Virus record (IMG/VR): IMGVR_UViG_3300027963_005142
DNA: 64,000 nucleotides
Strand: one strand, 5' to 3'
Source of the DNA: an uncultured virus (IMG/VR IMGVR_UViG_3300027963_005142)
Lineage: Duplodnaviria; Heunggongvirae; Uroviricota; Caudoviricetes
This document shows positions 9,975-20,513 of this stretch, piece by piece. Position numbers and translations under genes: made by a program. The stretch's first letter is position 1, and the number at the start of each line of letters is the position of its first letter. The notes under the pieces were generated by a model that saw only the letters and a list, made by a program, of their open reading frames with translations, did not search any database and was not told the origin of the DNA.

Positions 9975-11767
9975 TGTCGAGATCTTTTGAAACTTTTATG
10001 ATTCCTTACTTGAAGTTCACAGACTTCGACGCTAAGGCAGAATTTAAGTACAACTTCTATACGTCAGATGAAGTTATTAATGAAAATGCAAATACTCTGA
10101 ATTCGAGCAATCTTTATGAGATCAGTCTATTCAGACGCCTCACTTCAGCAGGAGTGTTTCCTAGAGAAACTAGGCTAATCTCTTCTGCTCGAGGAGTCCC
10201 TGCAGCATCTTCCAGGATCGAGCTAGATCTTGCAAACACAAGTGTTCTCTATGAAGACTCAGCTGCTTCCTTTAGTACATGCGGACTTACAGTCTCTGAT
10301 TCAGCAGTTAGCACAACAGCATATCAGCTATTAAGGCAAAATGCATCTCTCGGAGAGTCAATCACAGTGTCTCTCCCTGTGACACCAACTCTCTACAGAA
10401 GTGTTAGAAACTCTGAATTTAACGCTGGAATAAGCGTTTTTGATCTAAGGATTGATAGCACGTCTACCAAGGATCCGCTAGCTGATATTGCTGGACTTCC
10501 CGTTGACATTTCCTTGAGTAGACTGCTTGTGAGCGATCTTGTTTCGACAGCAAATAGAGATTACAGCAACATCTTTGCAGATGAGCTAGTGGCTCTTGCA
10601 GACAATGCCGCTGCAGTTCAATCATCAGCGCTTGCAACTGTCCAGCAGAGATCAATAATCTCACAAGAGATTGATTACATCATAGACGATCAGTACATAA
10701 ATCACGGATATGATTTCGATCAGATTCTCCACGCAGGATTTATTGTGGAGAAGCAGAGAATATCAAAAGATTCTGAGACAGGAGAAGACCAGTCTGAGTT
10801 AATCTCTACGACCTTCTATGGAACCCCAGGAGTCCTGGCACAAGTTGACAGGCTTGTTGCGATGGGATTTTCTTACGTTTATAAGATTAGATCAGTCTAT
10901 GGTGTTCCTGTTGAAGTAACTGAATCTAACGTTACTGAAGCTGGAATAGAGTTTATTAGAAACGTAAAGAAGACTGTCTTCGTAGCCTCTGAGGGGAAGG
11001 TTTATCGAGTCAATCCTGCAGACACAAAGCCACCGCCACCTCCACCCGACGTTGTCATTGCACACCAGATTTACCCGAGATTTGGATTGATGACAAGCTG
11101 GAGGATGCCATCATCATCTCAATATGACGTTGTCGGCTTTTTAGTCTTTAGAAGAGACAATCTCTCACAGCCCTTCATGCAGATTGCGACAATTGATTTT
11201 GACAAGACTCAGTCAAGAACTACAACGCTTTCAAAAATCTACCCATGTAAGAACATTATCATATCAGAATTTCCGGTACTCTCTTTTGTAGATGAGACTG
11301 CAGCACCGGATAAAGACTACATTTATGCAATCTGTAGTGTTGATGCTCACGGAAATGTTTCAGGTTATTCAGTTCAAATAAAGTCTAGATACGTTAGAGC
11401 TTCAAACACAGTTATTTCAAGATCTGTGTCAAGATCTCTTGCGCCCCTTGCATTTCCAAACATCTTGATTGACGAAGACATTTTTACAGACTTGATCAAG
11501 CTCAAATCTATAAAGAGCATCTCAGTCGTTGCAAATCCCGATCTCAGGTACTTGGAAAATAACGGAGTTTCTTCTGAGATGCTCGCTGCTAACTCGCAGG
11601 GAAGGGACGTAACAAAGTACTATCGAATGAATCTGATAGACTTAAACGATCTATCTCAGAACAACTTCGATTTTAACATATCAGCTGCTTCGGCTACATT
11701 CATAGGTGTTGATGCATCAAACAAGAGCACAGAATCTATCAGAGATTTCATACAGTTTGAGCAGTAA
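9974..11767 (+). CDS. Hypothetical structural protein with FN3-like domain
   Basis: PPPPPP linker followed by SWRMP...GFLVFRR...FVDETA...YIYAICSVDAHGNVSGYS, an FN3-like pattern. Confidence 0.55.
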   Translation: MSRSFETFMIPYLKFTDFDAKAEFKYNFYTSDEVINENANTLNSSNLYEISLFRRLTSAGVFPRETRLISSARGVPAASSRIELDLANTSVLYEDSAASFSTCGLTVSDSAVSTTAYQLLRQNASLGESITVSLPVTPTLYRSVRNSEFNAGISVFDLRIDSTSTKDPLADIAGLPVDISLSRLLVSDLVSTANRDYSNIFADELVALADNAAAVQSSALATVQQRSIISQEIDYIIDDQYINHGYDFDQILHAGFIVEKQRISKDSETGEDQSELISTTFYGTPGVLAQVDRLVAMGFSYVYKIRSVYGVPVEVTESNVTEAGIEFIRNVKKTVFVASEGKVYRVNPADTKPPPPPPDVVIAHQIYPRFGLMTSWRMPSSSQYDVVGFLVFRRDNLSQPFMQIATIDFDKTQSRTTTLSKIYPCKNIIISEFPVLSFVDETAAPDKDYIYAICSVDAHGNVSGYSVQIKSRYVRASNTVISRSVSRSLAPLAFPNILIDEDIFTDLIKLKSIKSISVVANPDLRYLENNGVSSEMLAANSQGRDVTKYYRMNLIDLNDLSQNNFDFNISAASATFIGVDASNKSTESIRDFIQFEQ

Positions 11768-11802
11768 CTTGATGTCTAGCTTAGTTATGCCTAGGAGACA
11801 AA

Positions 11803-12492
11803 ATGGGCTTTCTTAACGGAACTACCAACAACATCGTTGTCGACGCAGTCTTGACTGACGTAGGTAGACAACTTCTTGCACGCAACGATGGAAGTTTTCA
11901 GATCTCCAAGTTTTCTCTTGGAGACCCTGAGATTGATTACACACGCATTAAGACCCATGGGATCCCTGTTGGCACAGACAACATCTCTATCTTGACGCCT
12001 ATTTTTGAAGCACTTACAAACGCTTCTCTTGCAAATACGAGTCGACTGATTTCGGCTGCTGATCCAAGCCTTGTGTACCTCCCAGTCTTCAACACGAGCA
12101 CGTCTGCTGTAAGTCTTGCTGAGGGATCGTCTAGAGGCGGCTCTGTATCGTTCTCTCTTGAGTGGGCTGGGTCTACGACTTCCATTCCGATAGAGCTACA
12201 GGAGAGTACTTTTGAAGTTACCTGTAACAATCTGTTTGTCTCGATTCTTTCTAGCACTGGGACGGCTTTACCGCTAAGATACGTCACAGGAAATAAGTCA
12301 ACTGCAATTTTGAGTGCATCAAGAACTGCGACAGGATCGACAGCGTCTTTTACGATTTCTTCTAAGTCGCTCTCTAGCACAACATTTGCTTCCTATAAAT
12401 CATCAGATGGCAAGATTCACACTTTCGTAGATGTTGTAGGTCTCAACACTGGAATAAAGAGTCAGATCGAAGTCATCATAACGGAGACCTAA
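11803..12492 (+). CDS. Putative baseplate/tail structural protein
   Basis: AGGAG SD; N-terminal DAVLTDxGR...FSLGDxEIDY motif shared with 3951. Confidence 0.6.
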   Translation: MGFLNGTTNNIVVDAVLTDVGRQLLARNDGSFQISKFSLGDPEIDYTRIKTHGIPVGTDNISILTPIFEALTNASLANTSRLISAADPSLVYLPVFNTSTSAVSLAEGSSRGGSVSFSLEWAGSTTSIPIELQESTFEVTCNNLFVSILSSTGTALPLRYVTGNKSTAILSASRTATGSTASFTISSKSLSSTTFASYKSSDGKIHTFVDVVGLNTGIKSQIEVIITET

Positions 12493-12493
12493 G

Positions 12494-13801
12494 ATGTACA
12501 AAGAGATTTTACCGTCTGATATTCGGACAACAAGACAGGCTCTTAACCAGCTCATAGATGTCCCACAGAGCACTATAAGCTCGAGCGACAACAGACAGAA
12601 TTACCTTAATTTCGTGTCGTCGTCGGTGAATGCTTACACTTCTTCGCTTTTTGTGACAGTCTTCGATCAGTCTCAGACTCTACAGACAGCTAATCCAGTA
12701 TTTGATATGACTTTTGGTCTGTATCTAAGCGGAGCTGACGTTCAATCGGCAAAAACGGGTGATTCTGCTGATGGTCTCATGCTCTTTCCAACAAACCTTG
12801 CGATGGTTAGAGAGAAGATCAACATCTACAAGGAGATGTCATCCTATCTGCTGGGTGATCCTGATTCTTTCTTTACATCTCCCTACTCTGATCCTAGGAC
12901 TCCCTACGCAGCTCCGGCAGCAGGCTTTCACTCAACTTCTACCCGTAGAATCGACTACGCTCTCTTTATCGCATTTAAGCGCCTCTTTGCGAGAGACAGG
13001 ATGAAGAGAGAGACTGTTGCCTTAAAGCTCTACACAACAGCAGCGCTTGACGGATCTCCAAACTCGACAACGATTGAAAAAGCAATCCTTAACGGATTTA
13101 CCGGTTCAAATCTGTATAGGATTACAGAATCGGGATCCTTCGTAGCCAGCGACGTTGGATCTTCTACGACGCTGCTGCTTGCTCCTGACGGATGTGGCAT
13201 AGGAAACGTCTTCTCTTCAGCGAACACCAGCTATTCAGTTGGAACTGTCTTCTATGATAAGGGCATCATGGTTCTTGACATGGAGAAGGTCTTCGCCAGG
13301 CAGCACGTTTCTGGTGCTATTAGAAGCAGCCTGACAAACGGCGGAGCGCACACTGATGTTCCAAACGGATATTATCCAGTTGGAGATATTGACTCAACCA
13401 ACTTCCCGTTCGTCAACCGGTCAGCAACTTTCTTCCCAGATTTAATGCTCTCAGCTTCAATGCAGGACGTCCTCGACCACGTGTGCAGTGTTAGATTTAG
13501 CGGAAGTGATTCAACTGCGATAACCTTCCAGAACCAGACTGACGTCAACAGCACTCTTGTGTTCTGCAGAGCCGCAGCTGATGAATTCAACTACTCTTCT
13601 AATCCGACTTTTGTTGACGCTGATGGTCGCCTCGTCGTTATTGAAGAAGGGCAAGAGGGGATAGAGAGCTCTTTCGCGTTTGTTACTTCTATTGGACTCC
13701 ACAATGACGCAGGACAGCTCCTTGCTGTTGCAAAGCTTAGCAGGCCCGTCAAGAAGGATCAAGAGACAGATTACACGTTTAGAGTTCGCCTAGACTTCTA
13801 G
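12494..13801 (+). CDS. Putative baseplate/tail-fibre attachment protein
   Basis: C-terminal EFNYSSNPTF...TSIGLHNDAGQLLAVAKLSRPVKK...VRLDF resembles tail-fibre/baseplate anchor domains and is shared with 13812. Confidence 0.6.
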   Translation: MYKEILPSDIRTTRQALNQLIDVPQSTISSSDNRQNYLNFVSSSVNAYTSSLFVTVFDQSQTLQTANPVFDMTFGLYLSGADVQSAKTGDSADGLMLFPTNLAMVREKINIYKEMSSYLLGDPDSFFTSPYSDPRTPYAAPAAGFHSTSTRRIDYALFIAFKRLFARDRMKRETVALKLYTTAALDGSPNSTTIEKAILNGFTGSNLYRITESGSFVASDVGSSTTLLLAPDGCGIGNVFSSANTSYSVGTVFYDKGIMVLDMEKVFARQHVSGAIRSSLTNGGAHTDVPNGYYPVGDIDSTNFPFVNRSATFFPDLMLSASMQDVLDHVCSVRFSGSDSTAITFQNQTDVNSTLVFCRAAADEFNYSSNPTFVDADGRLVVIEEGQEGIESSFAFVTSIGLHNDAGQLLAVAKLSRPVKKDQETDYTFRVRLDF

Positions 13802-13811
13802 GAGTGAACTT

Positions 13812-15974
13812 GTGAGCATTGTAGAGATAAACTCTGCCAACTTTGAGACAAGCACGCTTGTTTTACGGCCGAGTGTCATTATTCTTTCCTCGTCGAGCGG
13901 AATTACAGGTTCTGCGCCTATTGTCGCTCGACCGAGCCCTATTGTCAAGGAAGTGTCTGGTTCAAACGACCTTCTAGATCCTGCGGCTGCGGGTGTAACT
14001 GCATACCTGAGTGCTGTAGCAGCTGCTCCAACACCTAGAAAGAATTCTGAGTCTCTGTCTTTCACAAGGATAGACCAGCCCGTAAGATACACTGCAAACT
14101 TCACAGCAAAGAGAATAATAACAGAAGTTCTATCAGACCTCTACAGGCCTATCAGGCAGAATCTTGACTTTGGATATTCGAACTACCTGTCTCTGTCCTT
14201 TAGAAAGAGTTCAAATCTTCCAACAAGCAGCGTACTAATATACCCAAATACAGGAAATACTTCTAATCGACAGTACACGCCTACTGGGAGCTTTACTATT
14301 GACTTCTTTGTAAAGCCGCCTGACAACATTGGAAGAGAGGAAAATTACAGCGCTGGGACTATTCTGCACATTTCTTCAACTCTGGCAATTTCTCTCGTCA
14401 CTGGTTCGAGCTACGGAACTGACGGGAATGTTTCCAAGTTTGGAATATGCTTGCAGCTGTCAAGAAGCGCAGACGTTGCACCGAATCTTATCGACCTCAG
14501 CGTCGCTAATGGTTCTAGGTCTCATCCGCAAGATCTCATCTTCGTTTCTCCTTTCACGCTTGAAACAAAGAAGTGGACTAGAGTCACCGTTAGATGGGAT
14601 CCTGTGTCTGACCAGAGATCAGGAAGTATCGGATATGATCTCAGAGAAGTGACGGGATTCCAGGTTAATTCAGCTTCTTTGGCCACAAATGCTCTGTCTG
14701 AGGCACTTTTTGTAGGAAACTTCTACGATGGTGTTCCTGGACCTGGCGCTTTTTTCAATCCGTCAGTTGCAGCAAACGAAGGCCTGACTCCTAATCTTTC
14801 TTACTCTTCAGATCCTTCGAGCTTCTCGTTTAGATTTCCTTTCTACGGAGAGATCCACGATCTAAAGATATTCAAGCAGATCTTACCCTACAGGTCCTTG
14901 TTTGACTACAACGCTAAGGGCGACTTAACAGGTTCGGGTTGCTGCTTTTATCTCCCGCCTTTCTTTTCTTCTTACACTAGAAGTAGAAATACTCTAATAT
15001 CTCCGTTTGATGAAGCTTCGTCAGACACAGATTCACCATTTAACGTTGCACTTTCTTACGATTACAACGGCTACTACATCAATCTTGAGAACCACGTACA
15101 GGAATTTGTCAACAGAGAGTTTCCTCGTCTCTACTCTTTAACAGGATCAGTCTATTCTGGTTTTGCGCTGGGTCAGACTGCAGATTCAATTCTCTACAGA
15201 AATCCAGAAGTTGCCAAGCGCAACCTGTTGATATCCAACTGTGACCAGAGCGGGTTTGTTAGAAACTACGGATTCATGCGAGAGAGTGACCAGGCAAGGT
15301 CCTACAACGATCGGGGCCTATTCCAAGACGGGTTTGTGTCCCTCCAGTCTCTGGTTACGGCAAGCTATAGAGACTCAATCCTGACAGGGTCTGCTAGAGT
15401 CGGTAGATACACAATAGCAGATAGATTTGCAGACGGATCTTCGAACCAGGTCACCATCTTCTCAATTAGCAACATGCTGTACGGAGACAGGATAAGACCA
15501 GGAACAGTTGTTCTAACTGATTTAAAGCCTACAGGATCAGACGGAACTTTTTCCAGCGTCCTAAGAGACAACCTAGCTGGAATGCTCTTCAGGTCAGACG
15601 TTGATGCTCCGGACCTTTCGAACTGTGTTGGAAACGTCTTCTACGAAGAAGGGCTTGTTTTTATCAAATCTCCTTACCTTTCAAAGTTTGGGAAAGACGG
15701 CGTCAAGATTCAGCTCGAAGGAGAGAGACAGTCAAATGTCTTGGTGATAAACGTTCCTTGCAAGGCTGAGGAGTTCAATGTATCTCCAAATCCGACGTAC
15801 ATTTCTTGTGCACCTACAGACGCTCCGTATGACGAAGGTGAATCTTTTGTGTATATTACAACCATGAACTTACACGATTCTAACTTCAACATAGTAGGAA
15901 GGGCCACCTACTCACAGCCCGTCATCAAGCGCTCAGGTCAGGACCTTCTCTTTAGAGTAAAGCATGACATCTGA
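13812..15974 (+). CDS. Putative baseplate/tail protein with LamG/ConA-like domain
   Basis: SFTIDFFVKP...WTRVTVRW...FYGEIHDLKIF is LamG-like; C-terminal domain is paralogous to 12494. Confidence 0.6.
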   Translation: MSIVEINSANFETSTLVLRPSVIILSSSSGITGSAPIVARPSPIVKEVSGSNDLLDPAAAGVTAYLSAVAAAPTPRKNSESLSFTRIDQPVRYTANFTAKRIITEVLSDLYRPIRQNLDFGYSNYLSLSFRKSSNLPTSSVLIYPNTGNTSNRQYTPTGSFTIDFFVKPPDNIGREENYSAGTILHISSTLAISLVTGSSYGTDGNVSKFGICLQLSRSADVAPNLIDLSVANGSRSHPQDLIFVSPFTLETKKWTRVTVRWDPVSDQRSGSIGYDLREVTGFQVNSASLATNALSEALFVGNFYDGVPGPGAFFNPSVAANEGLTPNLSYSSDPSSFSFRFPFYGEIHDLKIFKQILPYRSLFDYNAKGDLTGSGCCFYLPPFFSSYTRSRNTLISPFDEASSDTDSPFNVALSYDYNGYYINLENHVQEFVNREFPRLYSLTGSVYSGFALGQTADSILYRNPEVAKRNLLISNCDQSGFVRNYGFMRESDQARSYNDRGLFQDGFVSLQSLVTASYRDSILTGSARVGRYTIADRFADGSSNQVTIFSISNMLYGDRIRPGTVVLTDLKPTGSDGTFSSVLRDNLAGMLFRSDVDAPDLSNCVGNVFYEEGLVFIKSPYLSKFGKDGVKIQLEGERQSNVLVINVPCKAEEFNVSPNPTYISCAPTDAPYDEGESFVYITTMNLHDSNFNIVGRATYSQPVIKRSGQDLLFRVKHDI

Positions 15975-16485
15975 CTTTGTCTTGGGTCTGGATGTCTCTA
16001 CTTCTTGCGTTGGAATTTGTGTAATGGACCAAGCAGGGAGCGTTGTTTGTCTCGACAATGTTGATCTTTCTAAGATCAAGTCTTTCAATGAAAAGTGTGA
16101 CGCTGTTCAGAAAAGTCTCTCTCGGTTTTCTGGAAAGATAAAGCAGTTCTACATTGAAGAGTGCGCGAAGGCATTTAGACCTGGCCTCTCTTCGGCTAAC
16201 ACGTTAACGACTCTCTCGAGGTTCAACGGAGCAGTTTCTTGCATCTGCCACATTCTTTTTGGCGGCGACGAGAACTTAGTCAATCCTGTTGTCGCAAGAA
16301 GGTCAGCCGGAATCTTAATCAACTACAAGGATAAGTCCACTACCACCAAGGATAAGATCTATGAAGCTGTATCTTCTAGAGTTGAATTTGACTGGCCTAG
16401 GACAAAGACAGGAAAGGTCAAACCTCAGTGCTATGACATGGCTGATGCATACGTTGTTGCTTCTTTTGGCTTGAAAAACCAGTAA
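15964..16485 (+). CDS. ruvC: RuvC-like Holliday junction resolvase
   Basis: LGLDVSTSCVG, FYIEE and DMADA carry the RNase H-fold acidic residues typical of RuvC. Confidence 0.8.
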   Translation: MTSDFVLGLDVSTSCVGICVMDQAGSVVCLDNVDLSKIKSFNEKCDAVQKSLSRFSGKIKQFYIEECAKAFRPGLSSANTLTTLSRFNGAVSCICHILFGGDENLVNPVVARRSAGILINYKDKSTTTKDKIYEAVSSRVEFDWPRTKTGKVKPQCYDMADAYVVASFGLKNQ

Positions 16486-16499
16486 AGAAGATCCACAAT
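16471..16499 (+). promoter_or_regulatory. Sigma70-like promoter for primase
   Basis: TTGAAA-17 nt-CACAAT, ending 7 nt before the GTG start. Confidence 0.45.
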
Positions 16500-16506
16500 T
16501 TATACT

Positions 16507-17469
16507 GTGGTTACACTAACTCAAAGAGTCGAAGCACTAAGAAAGGTCTTTCGGATAGCAAGAGTTTCCCGAGACGGATCCGACCTTGCTGTTCCATGCC
16601 CTGCGTGCAAAGAATCCAACAAGACGAAGCTCTCTGTCAACATTGAGACGCTGCAGTTTCACTGCTGGGTCTGTGGAGTCAAGGGTTCAAAAATCACCAG
16701 GCTTGTCAGAGAGCACATCGGAGAAGATGAAGCTAGCTGGCTTTCTCACGCTCTCGGAGAAGAGAACGACAAGTTCATCCAGATTGAAGAAGAGCAGGAA
16801 ATTCTTCCTGACCTTCCTGAGAAGTCTACTCCGATAGTCATCTGTGACTCAAGAGATCCAAACTTTAGAGCTGTCAAAAGGTACTGCGAACGCAGAGGAC
16901 TAACAGAGAAAGATCTTTGGAAGTACAGGATCTGCTGGTCGCCAGAAGACAAGTTCCAAAGAAGGGTCATCTTCGCCTCGGTGGACCTTGTAGGAGATCT
17001 AAATTACTGGGTATCTAGATCGATAGATCCTGACACAAAGGTGCGGTACATTAACTGCCCAGTCCCAAAAGACAAGATCATCTTTAATGAGATTGATGTT
17101 GACTTTTCGAAACCTGTTTGCATCTTTGAAGGCCCGTTTGATCTAATAAAGACAAAAGTAAACGGAACATGTTTGCTTGGATCTTCTGTCTCTCGTACTT
17201 CTCGGCTTCTTTCGAGGCTTGTTGCATCTGAATCTGATGTTGTTCTTTGCCTCGACAGAGACGTTCAAGATAAGGAGAGTAGAATAGCTGATAGACTCTC
17301 TGAGTGGGGGCTCTCAGTTAAGATTGCTAAGCCTCCTGCAAAATATAAGGACTTTGGAGAGACTCCTCGGGAGGAAGCTTTGAAATGCATCGATAAAGCA
17401 AAACCGTGGAGCTACAACGCAAGCTTCACACACAAACTGTCTAAGATTTCAAGTGGATCGCTTCTATGA
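16507..17469 (+). CDS. DNA primase (Zn-binding + TOPRIM), T4 gp61/DnaG-like
   Basis: CPAC...HCWVC zinc finger; IFEGPFD and CLDRD TOPRIM motifs; YKDFGE. Confidence 0.85.
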   Translation: MVTLTQRVEALRKVFRIARVSRDGSDLAVPCPACKESNKTKLSVNIETLQFHCWVCGVKGSKITRLVREHIGEDEASWLSHALGEENDKFIQIEEEQEILPDLPEKSTPIVICDSRDPNFRAVKRYCERRGLTEKDLWKYRICWSPEDKFQRRVIFASVDLVGDLNYWVSRSIDPDTKVRYINCPVPKDKIIFNEIDVDFSKPVCIFEGPFDLIKTKVNGTCLLGSSVSRTSRLLSRLVASESDVVLCLDRDVQDKESRIADRLSEWGLSVKIAKPPAKYKDFGETPREEALKCIDKAKPWSYNASFTHKLSKISSGSLL

Positions 17470-20400
17470 AAATTGCACACATTGCAGACGTCCACATTCG
17501 TGGATTCCAGAGACATGAAGAGTACAGAAAGAGCTTCGAAGATCTTTTCGCGTCTCTGTCTATCGAGCAACCAGACGTAATCTTGGTTGTTGGTGACATC
17601 GTTCATTCCAAGACTCACAACATCACACCCGAACTGATAGAGATCACAACCTGGTTCTTTAAGAGCCTTGCTGATGTTGCACCAGTTCACATGGTTCTTG
17701 GAAATCACGACGGCCTCATTCACAACAAAGATAGGCAAGATGCGATCACACCCATCGTCACTGCTATCAACTCAGAAAAGATCAAGCTCTGGAAGAAGAG
17801 CGGAGAGATCTTTGCAGACTGTAGCGAGCGCATCTCCATTCACAGCTTTTCCTGCTTCGACGAAGAGTCTTGGAGCAGCATCGCCCCGAGAGACGGTCAT
17901 ACAAATATCGCTCTGTTCCACGGATCTGTCAATAAGTGCCTAAGTGATCAGAACGTAGAGATGACAGGCGTCTCGATGTCTATGTTCGAAGGCTTTGACT
18001 TTGGAATCTTTGGAGACATACACAAGAGGCAGTCTCTTGACGGCGAAGGTCGTTTTAAGTACTGTGGGTCTCTAATCCAGCAGAACTTCGGAGAAGAGAC
18101 AGACAAGGGTTATCTTGTCTGGAACATAAAGGATCGAAGTGACTGGAGCTGCAACTTCGTCAAAGTTAAAAATGATCATCCATTTATCACTATAGACGCA
18201 AATACTACTCCTGAGGACATCGAGTCAATACCTCTGTCAGCCAAAGTAAGAATCATTGCGAAGGACAAGAACGATCCAGATGTCTTGTCAATTGTTCGGC
18301 ATCTCAAGAAAGACAAGAAAATCTCTGATGTCATCGTCAGAGAGACCGAATCTCAGCTAAGAACGTTGCAGGACACAGTTCTGTCCACCGGAGATGTAAG
18401 CTACCTGGATTACTTCAGCGAGTACGTTGCTAAGAACGTGGACGATCCTGCAATGAGAGAGAAGATCGTCCAAGAATTTAGCAAGTATCTTGAGCAAACA
18501 GACTACTCTGAGTCGAGAAGCGTAGACCACTGGAGCTTAAAGTCTTTAAAGTTCAATAATCTCTTTAGCTACGGAGAGAGCAATTCTATAGACTTTGACA
18601 AGCTTAGTGGAATTACTGGAATCTTTGCAAAGAACCGCGCAGGAAAGTCTTCTATTGTTGGCTCTCTCTGCTACGCTCTCTTCAACGAGGTCGACAGATC
18701 TCTGCCCCGTTCTCACTTTATAATAAACTCAGATAGCGATTCCTGCGACGCTGAGGTTATCTTCTCTGCAAGGAGCAACGACTATCTGGTCAAGAGATCG
18801 ACTACAAGAGTTAAGACAAAGAAGGGCGAGTCTTCAACGACAAACGTTTCTCTAGGAAGATTCACAGAGTCAGGATCTGTCATGATGGACGATGAACAGA
18901 GAAGAGAGACAGACAAGATCGTAAGAGGCATCATTGGATCTCCTTCTGATTTTTTTGAATCTGCAGTAGCTTCTCAAGGCCAGCTTCTAAATTTTCTTGA
19001 TCACAAATCGACGAGTAGAAAGCAGATTCTTACAAAATTTCTAGGTCTTGATGCATATGAAAGGGTCTACGAACTAGCGCGCGCAGACTTATCTCCGATT
19101 AGACACCTACTAAAGGGTGATACAAAGATATCAGATCTTAGATCTGAGATAGATGAGACGCAGATCAGGATCTTGTCTTTGCTGCAAGAATCAAATGGAG
19201 CTGAATCTAGAGAAGCCGAGCTTCAAAAGCTGCTTAATCAGATTAGCGGAGAATCGCTCCAGAACGCTCTAAAAATTCAAAAATCAGAGATTTCCAAGAA
19301 TCAGAGAGATGAGCTCCAAAAAGAGTATCAGTCTCTCTGTCAGTCTACTGAGTCTCTTCGTGAGCAGATAGCGGATTTTTCTTCAAAAATTGAAAAACTT
19401 GACAGCATTGCAGACAGCTCAGCAGCTAAAAGCGCTCAGCTTGAAATTGAGTCTTTCTCTCAAAGAGAAAACGATATCAAGCTGAGCGAGAGAGACTTAA
19501 ATCACAGGCAGCAGATTCATGAAAGTCTTCTGTCTTCGTGCAGGATTCTCGATGAAGTTCCCTGCGGAGACCAGTTCTCTAGCTGTCAGTTTAAAAGAGA
19601 TGCACTAGATGCCAGAGAGAAGTTTCAAGAGGCTGAGAGCACTTTGAGTGCACTGGTTAGCACCATTGAATCTGCAAGAAAAGAGATCGACTCATCAAAG
19701 ATAGCAGCTCTTAAGGATGCTGTTGAAAAAGCTGCCAAAGCTGCTGATCTAAGAAAGAAAATCATTCTACAGCGGACACTTGCAGAGGAAAAGATCGACC
19801 AGAACACATCTCAGGGAGTCAAGCTCAGGAGCAAGATTTCTCTTCTAGAGAAAGACATCATACAGGGTAGCATTGACACGGCAGTTCTCGACAGCAAGAA
19901 AAACATAGACATCGAACTTGGCGGACTTACAGAAAGAAGAAATCAGATAGTTCGAGACATGAGCAAGGCCGAGGGCTCTGTCGAGAGAATGAAGATTGAG
20001 CTTGCAGATCTTGAGAAAGACTACAATCGAGCCAAGCTTTTGTCTTCTCTAATTGATAATACTTCTAAGCATGGAGTCCAGGCACAGATGGTCAAGGACT
20101 ATCTTCCAAAGATAAATGGATACATCTCTGATCTTATTTCTCCATTTTTTGACTTCTCTGTTGAACTTTCTCTAGATCCTGCTACGGGAGACCTAGACAT
20201 CTTCTTTACTGATGCAATATCTCGACGACAGATCGAATCTTGCTCTGGAATGGAAAAAATGATCTCTGCAATAGCAATTAGGGCAGCTCTTTCTAGAGTT
20301 TCAAGACTTCCGAAGCCTAGTATCTTTGTTATAGACGAGGGTTTCGGCGCGCTTGATGAAAATAACCTTGACATGTGCACTAGACTTCTTTCTTCTCTGA

Positions 20401-20513
20401 AGATGCACTTCAAAAATATCATCATTATATCTCACATAGACGAGATCAAAGACAGCGTGGACCACATGATAGAGATCACACACGAAAGAGGTAGATCAAA
20501 TGTCAGAGCATAA
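17466..20513 (+). CDS. Fused SbcD/Mre11 nuclease - SbcC/Rad50 ATPase (gp47+gp46-like)
   Basis: DVH, GDIVH, GNHD, FHG and GDIH phosphoesterase motifs, then Walker A (NRAGKSS), Q-loop, coiled coil, SGME signature, IDEGFGALD and ISH, all in one ORF. Confidence 0.9.
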   Translation: MKIAHIADVHIRGFQRHEEYRKSFEDLFASLSIEQPDVILVVGDIVHSKTHNITPELIEITTWFFKSLADVAPVHMVLGNHDGLIHNKDRQDAITPIVTAINSEKIKLWKKSGEIFADCSERISIHSFSCFDEESWSSIAPRDGHTNIALFHGSVNKCLSDQNVEMTGVSMSMFEGFDFGIFGDIHKRQSLDGEGRFKYCGSLIQQNFGEETDKGYLVWNIKDRSDWSCNFVKVKNDHPFITIDANTTPEDIESIPLSAKVRIIAKDKNDPDVLSIVRHLKKDKKISDVIVRETESQLRTLQDTVLSTGDVSYLDYFSEYVAKNVDDPAMREKIVQEFSKYLEQTDYSESRSVDHWSLKSLKFNNLFSYGESNSIDFDKLSGITGIFAKNRAGKSSIVGSLCYALFNEVDRSLPRSHFIINSDSDSCDAEVIFSARSNDYLVKRSTTRVKTKKGESSTTNVSLGRFTESGSVMMDDEQRRETDKIVRGIIGSPSDFFESAVASQGQLLNFLDHKSTSRKQILTKFLGLDAYERVYELARADLSPIRHLLKGDTKISDLRSEIDETQIRILSLLQESNGAESREAELQKLLNQISGESLQNALKIQKSEISKNQRDELQKEYQSLCQSTESLREQIADFSSKIEKLDSIADSSAAKSAQLEIESFSQRENDIKLSERDLNHRQQIHESLLSSCRILDEVPCGDQFSSCQFKRDALDAREKFQEAESTLSALVSTIESARKEIDSSKIAALKDAVEKAAKAADLRKKIILQRTLAEEKIDQNTSQGVKLRSKISLLEKDIIQGSIDTAVLDSKKNIDIELGGLTERRNQIVRDMSKAEGSVERMKIELADLEKDYNRAKLLSSLIDNTSKHGVQAQMVKDYLPKINGYISDLISPFFDFSVELSLDPATGDLDIFFTDAISRRQIESCSGMEKMISAIAIRAALSRVSRLPKPSIFVIDEGFGALDENNLDMCTRLLSSLKMHFKNIIIISHIDEIKDSVDHMIEITHERGRSNVRA

